The notes beneath the pieces were generated by a model, which saw only the letters and a list, made by a program, of their open reading frames with translations, was not told the DNA's origin and did not search any database. Below are positions 18,141 to 25,912 of a stretch of 64,000 nucleotides of DNA, piece after piece (the first letter of the stretch is position 1; every line of letters starts with the position of its first letter). Both the position numbers and the translations under genes were made by a program. Origin of the DNA: an uncultured Victivallales bacterium (GTDB lineage Bacteria > Verrucomicrobiota > Lentisphaeria > Victivallales > CAZBDL01); NCBI GenBank assembly GCA_964490525.1, contig CAZBDL010000001.1:25474-89473 (forward strand), written 5' to 3'.

Positions 18141-18229
18141 GGTTTCACATGCAAAAATGTTCATCTGCATCAAATTAGGTCGTTATTTTTAGTGTAAAGG
18201 ATATTTTTTTACAAATATTATCCGGAACA

Positions 18230-18392
18230 ACAGACTTTTTGGTGCAATTCATGTGCGCTTGCGGATATTTCGCCGCCCCGAGGGCATTATTTTCGATGCT
18301 CATCACAGACATTCCGGTGCAATTCTACAGACTTTTTGGTGCAATTTTACAGACTTTTTGGTGCAATTTTACAGACTTTTTGGTGCAATTCG
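18230..18392. repeat. Iteron array 2: direct repeats ACAGACTTTTTGGTGCAATT(TT)
   Basis: Copies start at 18230, 18305 (variant), 18327, 18349 and 18371; the last four have a 22-bp period. AT-rich TATATAAAGAATAAAAG follows. Confidence 0.8.
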
Positions 18393-18747
18393 TGCTTATA
18401 AGTCCTTGCATGATAATTACTTATGCTTTCCTAAATATATAAAGAATAAAAGGCATCTAAAGATGGGTTCGCTTCGCTCACGTCGCGCATGCGCGCGAGG
18501 CTGGCAGGCCATGGGAAATACGGGGGAGGGGAGAAATTCCCGGAGGCAGCCTTCGACCGGACCGGGATTGGCTGGCTGGAAGGGGAGGGCATCGCCCTTT
18601 GTCCTGGACCCCTTCCCAGATGGCCGGAAACGCACCGTCCAGGGCCATTTGCGGGGAAATCCGCCCAGGAGGCCGGACAAGGGGGGCAGATGCGGCGGAG
18701 CGTGGCGCATGGGGCATGGTTCTCCGTGACGAAAATATTTATACCAC

Positions 18748-18776
18748 TTGACACAACAATAAGCAAGACGATATTT
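18748..18776 (+). promoter_or_regulatory. cas operon promoter (TTGACA-N17-ATATTT)
   Basis: TTGACA at 18748-18753 and ATATTT at 18771-18776. SD GGAGGAGG lies before the cas5 ATG. Confidence 0.6.
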
Positions 18777-18804
18777 ACGCAACTCAAAACGGAGGAGGCG
18801 AGCG

Positions 18805-19407
18805 ATGGATCATGTCCTTGAGGCATGGGGCCCGTATGGCTGCTTCACCCGGCCCGACTTCGGGACGGAGCGGGTCAGCTACCCGGTGATCACCCCCTCG
18901 GCGGCCCGGGCGCTCTTCGAGGCGGTGTACTGGAAGCCGCAGATGGCCTGGCAGGTGACGCGGATCGAGGTCCTGCGGATGGGGCGAACGATGCCCCTGC
19001 GCACGAACGAGGTGAAGGCTCGGGCCGGCGCCAACCCGATCTTCGTGTCGGAGCACCGGATCCAGCGGCACAGCCTGATCCTGGCGGACATCGCCTACCG
19101 GCTGCATGCGGAGATCGTGTTCCTGGGCGGCGAGGCCCCCGGGCCGAAGCACACGGAGATGTTCCGCCGGCGCCTGGAGCGGGGCCAGGTCCACCACCGG
19201 CCCTATTTCGGGTGCCGCGAGTTCGCCTGCGAAGTGGGCCCGCCAACGGACAGGGAGCCGGAGCGAATCAGCCTTGACCTCGGCACGATGCTCCTCGACC
19301 GCGACTGGGAAGGGCTGGGCGACCCGCCCCGGTTCTTCCATGCCAGGATCGCGGACGGGACCATCATGGTTCCGGCGCGGCCGCTGCGCCAGGCAGGTGC
19401 CGCATGA
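18805..19407 (+). CDS. cas5c: Cas5c (Cas5d), type I-C pre-crRNA endoribonuclease and Cascade subunit
   Basis: LEAWGPYGCFTRPDFGTERVSYPVITPSAARALFEAVYWKP matches the hallmark Cas5d N-terminus. First gene of the cas5-cas8c-cas7 order. Confidence 0.9.
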   Translation: MDHVLEAWGPYGCFTRPDFGTERVSYPVITPSAARALFEAVYWKPQMAWQVTRIEVLRMGRTMPLRTNEVKARAGANPIFVSEHRIQRHSLILADIAYRLHAEIVFLGGEAPGPKHTEMFRRRLERGQVHHRPYFGCREFACEVGPPTDREPERISLDLGTMLLDRDWEGLGDPPRFFHARIADGTIMVPARPLRQAGAA

Positions 19408-20975
19408 TCGCCGCGCTGGCCAGGCTGCAGGAACGGCTGGTGGACGGGGGAGAGGCCCTGCCCGCCGGGTGGGAGAGGAGGAAGCTCACGGCCCTGGTGT
19501 GCGTGAACGAGGCCGGGCTTGGCATCGGCCTGCGCTTCCGCGAGGAGGATTTTCCCGTCCCCGTCCGTCCCCAGCGGGCGAACTCCATCGCTCCCGGGCT
19601 GGCCTGGGACACTCCGGAGTACGCCCTGGGCATCCCCCGGAAGTCGAGCCCGGAACGCACCGCCGAGATGCACCGGCTCTTCCGGCTGCGCCTCGACGCG
19701 CTGGACTGCGACGACCCCGGCCTGGAGGCCGTGCGCCGATTCCTCGCCAGGGAAGGGGACCGGCTGCTGTCCGGCATCGACCAGGTGGCCGCCCAGCCGG
19801 GCGCGACCCTCGGGTTCATCCTGCTCGACGACGAGGAGCCGGTCCACCTGCGGCCGGCCGTGCGGGCGGCGATCCAGGACGAACTGGACAGGGCGGCCGA
19901 TCCCGGCGAGGACGCCGAGGAGGGGCAATGCTCCATAACGGGGCGCGACGGGGCCATCGCCCGGCTCCACCCGAAGATCCGCTTCCCCGGCGGGCGGGCC
20001 AGCGGCACCAGCCTCGTCAGCTTCAACGCCCCCTCCCTTGAGCACTTCGGCAGGGAGCAGGGAGGAAACGCGGCCGTCGGGGAGGGCACGGCGGCCGATG
20101 CCGCCGCCGCGCTCAATGCCCTGCTGGCGCCGGACTCCCTGCGGAGGCTCATGGTCGAGGGACTGGCCGTCCTGGCCTGGACCGAGGGGCCGTCGCCGGC
20201 CGAGGGGCGCGTCATCCCGATGCTGGAGGGATCCGGCGACATCGCGGAGGAGGACCTGGAATCTTCGGATGCCGTCCACCTGGCGGTGCTGGCGCCTCGT
20301 GACGGGCGCCTCTCGGTCCAGCTCTGGGAGACCCTCCCCATGGGGACGCTGGCCGCCAGGATCGCCGAATGGCGGCGGCGGACGCGGCTGCCGGCCGACG
20401 CCGAGCCCCCGCCCCATTGGGCCGTGCTCCGTTCAATCCAGCGGGGAGGGGGCCAGGTGCCCCACGGGATCGCCACCGCGTACCTTCGGGCCATGGTCCT
20501 CGGGCTGCCGCTGCCGCCGTCCCTGGTGCGCCCGGCGCAGGAGGCCGTGCTCGCCGCGCTCGCGGCGCGGCGCCCCGTGCCGCCGGCCATCGCCATCGTC
20601 AACCATTCGGCCATGGAGGGCCGCGAACCCATGAACGAGGACATCCTCCTGCCGGCCGGGCAACAGTCGGAGGCCTACCGCCTCGGCCGGTTCTTCGCCG
20701 TCGTCTCCTGCGCCTGCCGCAAGGCCGGGCTCGACCGGAACGCCCCCCAGGCCGCCATGCGCCCCAGGGCCATGGCGGAAAGGGCCATGGCCAAGTACAA
20801 CGGCTACAGCATGGGCAAGGGGCTCCGCGTGCATTACGACAAGATCATCGACGACATCCTCGCGGGCGTCTCCGATCCGGTCCCGGAAACCCTCGGCCCC
20901 GTCCAGCGGGGAGAGTTCATCCTCGGATTCCACCACCAACGCAAGGCCATCTTCACCAAGGGAAAGGGCAACTGA
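19404..20975 (+). CDS. cas8c: Cas8c (Csd1), type I-C large subunit
   Basis: 523-aa ORF between cas5c and cas7c, with an ATGA overlap with cas5c. Position and size fit Csd1. The sequence was not independently recognised motif by motif. Confidence 0.75.
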   Translation: MIAALARLQERLVDGGEALPAGWERRKLTALVCVNEAGLGIGLRFREEDFPVPVRPQRANSIAPGLAWDTPEYALGIPRKSSPERTAEMHRLFRLRLDALDCDDPGLEAVRRFLAREGDRLLSGIDQVAAQPGATLGFILLDDEEPVHLRPAVRAAIQDELDRAADPGEDAEEGQCSITGRDGAIARLHPKIRFPGGRASGTSLVSFNAPSLEHFGREQGGNAAVGEGTAADAAAALNALLAPDSLRRLMVEGLAVLAWTEGPSPAEGRVIPMLEGSGDIAEEDLESSDAVHLAVLAPRDGRLSVQLWETLPMGTLAARIAEWRRRTRLPADAEPPPHWAVLRSIQRGGGQVPHGIATAYLRAMVLGLPLPPSLVRPAQEAVLAALAARRPVPPAIAIVNHSAMEGREPMNEDILLPAGQQSEAYRLGRFFAVVSCACRKAGLDRNAPQAAMRPRAMAERAMAKYNGYSMGKGLRVHYDKIIDDILAGVSDPVPETLGPVQRGEFILGFHHQRKAIFTKGKGN

Positions 20976-20976
20976 C

Positions 20977-22071
20977 ATGCAGCAGCAGGAAACCATCGGC
21001 CGGCACGACCTCGTGCTCCTCTTCGACGTCAGGAACGGCAACCCCAACGGCGACCCGGACGCGGGCGGCATCCCGCGAGTGAACCCGCTCAACGGGCACG
21101 GCATCGTCACCGACGTGTGCATCAAGCGCAAGATCCGCAACTTCGTCCAGCTCGACAAGGGGTTCGAGCCGCCGTACGACATCTACGTCCGGGAGAAGAG
21201 CGTCCTCGGCGCCGCCCACTTCAAGATCTGCGAGGAGCTGGGGATCGACGCCGGCGCGTCGGCGGTCCGCGAGATCGCCCCGGAGATCGCCGAGGCCATC
21301 GGCATGACCGAGTTGCCCGAGGGCGTCGAGGTCATTGAGGACGGCGACGCGCGGCGGCTGGTCGTGGCGTCCACCGCCGACGTGGCCGCCGTGAAGCGGT
21401 ACGTCAAGGAATCCGGGCTCGACAAGGCGGCCGCCAGGGCCGTGGCAGACACCCTCAAGGAGGCGCGGCCCCGCAAGCTCTCACGCGACGAGTCCGAGCG
21501 CGGATGCGAGGCCATGTGCCGGCGCTACTTCGACATCCGCGCCTTCGGCGCCGTCCTCTCCCTCAAGTCCGCCCCCAACTACGGGCAGGTGCGCGGCCCC
21601 GTCCAGGTCACCTTCGCCGAGAGCCTGGACCCCATCACCCCCGTCGAGACGACCGTCACGCGCTGCGCCGTGACCACCGAGGCCGAGTCCGCCGACCAGG
21701 GAGGGGAGAACCGCACCATGGGCCGGCGCACCATCGTCCCCTACGCCCTCTACCGTGCCCATGTCTTCGTCTCCGGCCCGTTCGCCGCGCGTACCGGGTT
21801 CGGCCAGGCGGACCTCGACCTGGTGCTCCGGGCCCTCGCCGGCATGTTCGAGCACGACCATGCCGCCGCACGCGGCGAGATGAACGTACGGGCCCTGTGC
21901 GGCTTCCGGCACGCCTCCCCCATGGGCAACGCCCCGTCGGGCACGCTCCTGGAGCGAATCAAGGCCACCAGGGCGCAGGACCGCCCCTGCCCCGCGTCGT
22001 TTGCCGACTACCGGATCGAGACGGACACCGGCAACCTCCCCGAGGGCGTCGAGTTCATCCGCGTCGTCTAG
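20977..22071 (+). CDS. cas7c: Cas7c (Csd2), type I-C backbone subunit
   Basis: LLFDVRNGNPNGDPDAGGIPRVNPLNGHGIVTDVCIKRKIRNFV is the characteristic Csd2 N-terminal signature. Confidence 0.9.
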   Translation: MQQQETIGRHDLVLLFDVRNGNPNGDPDAGGIPRVNPLNGHGIVTDVCIKRKIRNFVQLDKGFEPPYDIYVREKSVLGAAHFKICEELGIDAGASAVREIAPEIAEAIGMTELPEGVEVIEDGDARRLVVASTADVAAVKRYVKESGLDKAAARAVADTLKEARPRKLSRDESERGCEAMCRRYFDIRAFGAVLSLKSAPNYGQVRGPVQVTFAESLDPITPVETTVTRCAVTTEAESADQGGENRTMGRRTIVPYALYRAHVFVSGPFAARTGFGQADLDLVLRALAGMFEHDHAAARGEMNVRALCGFRHASPMGNAPSGTLLERIKATRAQDRPCPASFADYRIETDTGNLPEGVEFIRVV

Positions 22072-22253
22072 CCGCGCGAACCCCAAGCTGACACCACGCC
22101 ACGCACAACGGTTCGCGGAACCCGCAACCCGCTCCACCATCAACACATGCAGCTTCCCGGGGCGACCCGGGAGCCATGCCGGCGGGGCGGCCGGGGCGGG
22201 TTCGCGCGAACGGTTCCTTGACAACTTGGCGCACAATGACTTGCGCATTGACC
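22072..22253 (+). promoter_or_regulatory. CRISPR leader with GGTTC/GAACC palindromes and a -35-like TTGACA
   Basis: GGTTCGCGGAACC at 22110-22122. The 12-nt palindrome GTTCGCGCGAAC at 22200-22211. GGTTCC at 22212-22217 abuts TTGACA at 22218-22223. No convincing -10 was found. Confidence 0.45.
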
Positions 22254-23859
22254 CCTTCGCCTCGCACGCGAGGCGCGGATTGAAACAACACATAAGCGGC
22301 GGTGATGGCGTCCTCGAAACCTTCGCCTCGCACGCGAGGCGCGGATTGAAACGGCCTGGACAAAAAAATCCTCATCGGGCATCTCCTTCGCCTCGCACGC
22401 GAGGCGCGGATTGAAACCGTTGCGGCGGACGCGGGGGACGCGCTGCGAGCCTTCGCCTCGCACGCGAGGCGCGGATTGAAACGCGGATTACGCGGCGTGT
22501 ATATTTGGGCGAAAGGCCTTCGCCTCGCACGCGAGGCGCGGATTGAAACCGGGTGATCTCGGTGCGGCCAATGGGAAACAGACCTTCGCCTCGCACGCGA
22601 GGCGCGGATTGAAACCTCGTGCCTTGACCCGAGGCTTGTATCAATTGAGTCCTTCGCCTCGCACGCGAGGCGCGGATTGAAACGAGTCGGGCACGTCCTC
22701 GAGGTAGCCGTTCACCGCCTTCGCCTCGCACGCGAGGCGCGGATTGAAACCGGGCGGTTGATATCCATACTGCGAACTACGCCACCTTCGCCTCGCACGC
22801 GAGGCGCGGATTGAAACCGGCTCCGCATGATCAGGGCATACAGCCCGCTCCCTTCGCCTCGCACGCGAGGCGCGGATTGAAACCTGCCGTTGCTGGCGAT
22901 CCTCGACGGGCATTCCTTCGCCTCGCACGCGAGGCGCGGATTGAAACCCGTCCAGCCCGTGGCGGACGACGTGGCCGAACTCCTTCGCCTCGCACGCGAG
23001 GCGCGGATTGAAACATGAGGGTCTTAGAGCTGATGCTGCTGGGGTACCCTTCGCCTCGCACGCGAGGCGCGGATTGAAACTTGCGCGCGCGCGGCCTCAA
23101 AAACGAGCAACGACCTTCGCCTCGCACGCGAGGCGCGGATTGAAACTCGGCGAGGCCGAGGATCGCCCCCTGGGCGGCGCCTTCGCCTCGCACGCGAGGC
23201 GCGGATTGAAACCCCGGCATGCCAGGCAGCTCCGGCTGGTCGAGCCTTCGCCTCGCACGCGAGGCGCGGATTGAAACCATGTCCTACGGACATAGCGTGG
23301 CAGGGGCGAGCCTTCGCCTCGCACGCGAGGCGCGGATTGAAACTGTGTGCACGGGAAATGTATGCAGCAACGCTTCCCTTCGCCTCGCACGCGAGGCGCG
23401 GATTGAAACACCGTCGGGCAGATGGCGGACTACCTGGGGATCGCCTTCGCCTCGCACGCGAGGCGCGGATTGAAACTCTCAATCACCATCGCCTGGGGGG
23501 GAGGACATTCCTTCGCCTCGCACGCGAGGCGCGGATTGAAACCCAGCAGGGGTACCTGCCGAGACATGCCGGGCACCTTCGCCTCGCACGCGGGGCGCGG
23601 ATTGAAACAATTTTTCCGTGGATGACGCCCAGGCGAAAGCCCCTTCGCCTCGCACGCGAGGCGCGGATTGAAACCCTAATTGTCTGCCAGCTCCCAGTCG
23701 AGGATCCTTCGCCTCGTACGCGAGGCGCGGATTGAAACGACGATTGACCGTGGATTCCTGTGGATGGCTTCTTCGCCGCATAATGAGGCGTGGATTGAAA
23801 TCATTGCCAAGCTGAGTGATATGTTCATATTCGCCCGATACCCGGGCGCGGATTGAAAC
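22254..23859 (+). CRISPR. Type I-C CRISPR array: 25 repeats (23 conserved plus 2 degenerate at the distal end) and 24 spacers
   Basis: The repeat is (C)CTTCGCCTCGCACGCGAGGCGCGGATTGAAAC, 32-33 nt, with a 7-bp stem CGCCTCG/CGAGGCG and the I-C-typical ATTGAAAC 3' end. The period is 64-68 bp. Point variants occur at 23577 and 23707. The degenerate repeats are at 23771-23801 and 23829-23859. Confidence 0.97.
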
Positions 23860-24184
23860 ATTGTAGCGTCCAATGGCAGGAAAAATCCCAATCCCCGCCC
23901 TGGCGGGGAGGGGAACCATTTCTGGCTGGAAGGGGAAATATCGGGAATCCTGTCCCCGGGTGGCCGGGGACGCGCTTTCCGGGCCCCCGGCAGGGGAATC
24001 CGGCCCAGAGGAAGGGGCGACATCGCCGCGAAGGTGCGTCAAAATGGCCCACGACTGCCTTGGCGTGGCAGTTAAAAATTCCACCTGGCAATCTCCGGGC
24101 TGATTCAACCCCAGCAGGAAGCTGGACGGCCGTCCATGGCACCGCCGCAGGCGGCTAGAATGGACTGGCCGGATTGTCCCGTTT

Positions 24185-24630
24185 GTTCCATGTGTCCGCG
24201 TGTTCCTGGTTCGCTCCCCGTTCCAGGGCCGGGCACAGGGCGCCGGCCTCCGCATGTTCCAGGTGTGCCGCCCCCCGTTCCATGGTTCCCTGGTTCCTCC
24301 CCTGGTTCCCTAGTTCGCCACGCAACCCAACCCTGGCCGGTGTCCCGGCGTCCGGGGTGATGTTCCCTTGTCGTTCCCGGGGTGACCGATGGGCGTTCCC
24401 GTTCCTTGGTTCAGTCCCCTGTTCCCCGGTTCCCTGAACTCGGGCGCGTTGCGGCCGGGGTGGCCGGCGCAGCCGGGCAATGTTCCCTGGTTCCCCCCGG
24501 TTCCCTGTTGTTCCTGCCGGTTCCCCGGCTCTGCCCGGGCCGCCGGCGCGGGATGGCGCCTGGCCCTGGGGGGGGCGCCCCACGGCCTAAATGACACAAG
24601 ATCCAACCATGTTCCGGGTGTGGATGTTCC
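24185..24630 (+). repeat. Non-coding block with about 21 same-strand copies of GTTCC (mostly (G/T)GTTCC(C/T))
   Basis: Examples are at 24277, 24285, 24292 and 24304, and at 24482, 24490, 24499, 24509 and 24519, with 7-12 bp spacing. All are on the plus strand. The only overlapping ORFs are low-complexity shadows. Confidence 0.7.
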
Positions 24631-24717
24631 CGGGTTGCCCGCCGGCGGAGGCCTTGCGGGGGGGCTTTTTAGCCGACATGGCAATGGGGCTAAAATGTTA
24701 GATAATCCTATAAAAAC

Positions 24718-24746
24718 TTGACAACGAGATTCAGGCGGCCGATGGT
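24718..24746 (+). promoter_or_regulatory. Candidate promoter (TTGACA-N17-GATGGT) with an AT-rich upstream element
   Basis: TTGACA at 24718-24723, preceded by TAAAATGTTAGATAATCCTATAAAAAC. The -10 is weak. Confidence 0.4.
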
Positions 24747-24784
24747 ATGGGCGAACCAAGGCACCCAGCACCGGGAGGACCGCG

Positions 24785-25168
24785 ATGAAGGCGCTGCTGA
24801 TCGACGCGACGGGACGGCGGATCCGGGAGGTGCAGACGGACGGCACCCTGCAGGACTGGTATGCGAAGCTGGACTGCCGGACGGTGGAGATGCGCGACCT
24901 GGACGAGGCGGGTCGCAACGTCCTGGTCTTCGACGAGGAGGGGCTCTTCACGAAGCGCGACGGGTTCACGGTGCGGGGGCAGTTCTTCGCCGGCAGCGGC
25001 CTGGTGATCGGCTACGACCGGCGGCGGGACCGGGCGGCCGACCCGACCGCAGCGCCGGAGGAGCTGGGGATCCTCTTTGGCGACCTGAGCGACAGCCAGG
25101 CCGAGACGATCCTGGAGGAGGGCATCAAGGTCTTCGCCTGGGACGACCAGGGCGGAGTGGCAATGTAG
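24785..25168 (+). CDS. Hypothetical protein (127 aa), tail DDQGGVAM
   Basis: Complete ORF with SD GGGAGGA upstream. Confidence 0.55.
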   Translation: MKALLIDATGRRIREVQTDGTLQDWYAKLDCRTVEMRDLDEAGRNVLVFDEEGLFTKRDGFTVRGQFFAGSGLVIGYDRRRDRAADPTAAPEELGILFGDLSDSQAETILEEGIKVFAWDDQGGVAM

Positions 25169-25193
25169 GTCCATGAACGGAAGGAGCGGAGCC

Positions 25194-25655
25194 ATGGGCA
25201 AGTACTGGGTCACGAACGTCCTCGAGGAGGGGAGCGCCGGCCAGGCGGGGCAATGCAAGATCCAACTGCACCGCCGGGAAATGAGGAACGGAGAGGCGTT
25301 CTCGGTCCTGGCCGGGCGCGGCACCGGGATGGTGGTCGCCGAATGCCGCGAAGGGGGGCGCCGCATGGTCAGCCTGGACGGCATCACCTATGCCAGCAAG
25401 CGGGAGATGGAGCTGTTCCGGGCGCACGCCCAGGAGCAGGGGGCGGGAGCGTTCGGGCTCCTGTGCCACATGGTCCAGGAGGCGCCGTGCCCGGAGCTGC
25501 CCATAGGCGTCGGGCAGTACAGGGAGGGGGCAGGGAAGGTGCGCTGTTCCGTGACCGACGCGCTCCAGCATGCCTGTTCCAGCGATCCCCGGCGGGAGCT
25601 GCCCATGGTCCATGTGGGCGAGAACCAGGAAGACCAGGGCGGAGTGACGATGTAG
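25194..25655 (+). CDS. Hypothetical protein (153 aa), tail EDQGGVTM
   Basis: ATG at 25194 has an AGGAG 9 nt upstream. The alternative ATG at 25173 lacks an SD. Confidence 0.5.
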   Translation: MGKYWVTNVLEEGSAGQAGQCKIQLHRREMRNGEAFSVLAGRGTGMVVAECREGGRRMVSLDGITYASKREMELFRAHAQEQGAGAFGLLCHMVQEAPCPELPIGVGQYREGAGKVRCSVTDALQHACSSDPRRELPMVHVGENQEDQGGVTM

Positions 25656-25663
25656 GGGGACGT

Positions 25664-25897
25664 ATGACGCTGCACGAGCGCAAGGAAAGGTGGGAACAAG
25701 AACTGGCCCGGATGTCCTTTGCCGGCCATCGCTGGGGCGAGTCACGGCGTTTTGCCGGACGAAGCGCGGGGATCAGGATCGAGCGCCGCGCCTGGCTCAT
25801 ATCGCACATAGCCGATGCCGAGATGAAGTTGAAGGCGAACAATGAGGTCACGGGCACGGTTGACCAGGAAGACCAGAACCAGGGGATTTCCCCGTAG
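25664..25897 (+). CDS. Hypothetical protein (77 aa), tail NQGISP
   Basis: ATG at 25664 in frame with track ORF 25253..25897. Confidence 0.45.
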   Translation: MTLHERKERWEQELARMSFAGHRWGESRRFAGRSAGIRIERRAWLISHIADAEMKLKANNEVTGTVDQEDQNQGISP

Positions 25898-25912
25898 GCA
25901 GGAGGACGGCAA

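Noticed and set aside
22218-22246. Full sigma70 promoter in the CRISPR leader
   Set aside because: TTGACA is present, but no acceptable -10 lies at 16-19 nt spacing (TTGCGC at N17). It is therefore reported only as a -35-like element within the leader.
22483-22785. Impression that several spacers (4, 6 and 8) contain promoter-like hexamers (TATATTTGGG, TTGACC, TTGATA) and so target promoters of sibling plasmids
   Set aside because: This is only a visual impression from three spacers, and no matching target is present in this window. It needs a database search before it can be claimed.
22140-23735. Many short ORFs on both strands across the CRISPR array (repeating SIRASRARRR, FASHARRGLK and FQSAPRVRGEG peptides)
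   Set aside because: The periodic peptides are simply the translated CRISPR repeat. They are not coding.
24637-24670. Rho-independent terminator after the repeat block (GCCCGCC...GGGGGGC followed by TTTTT)
   Set aside because: The stem has a mismatch and a loop of about 14 nt. It is plausible but too weak to call as a feature.
23853-24969. ORFs covering the GTTCC block (e.g. 24310..24969, 24155..24583, 24389..24721)
   Set aside because: These are Pro/Gly/Arg-rich low-complexity translations with no SD or start context. Several frames overlap on both strands. The region is better explained as a non-coding repeat block.
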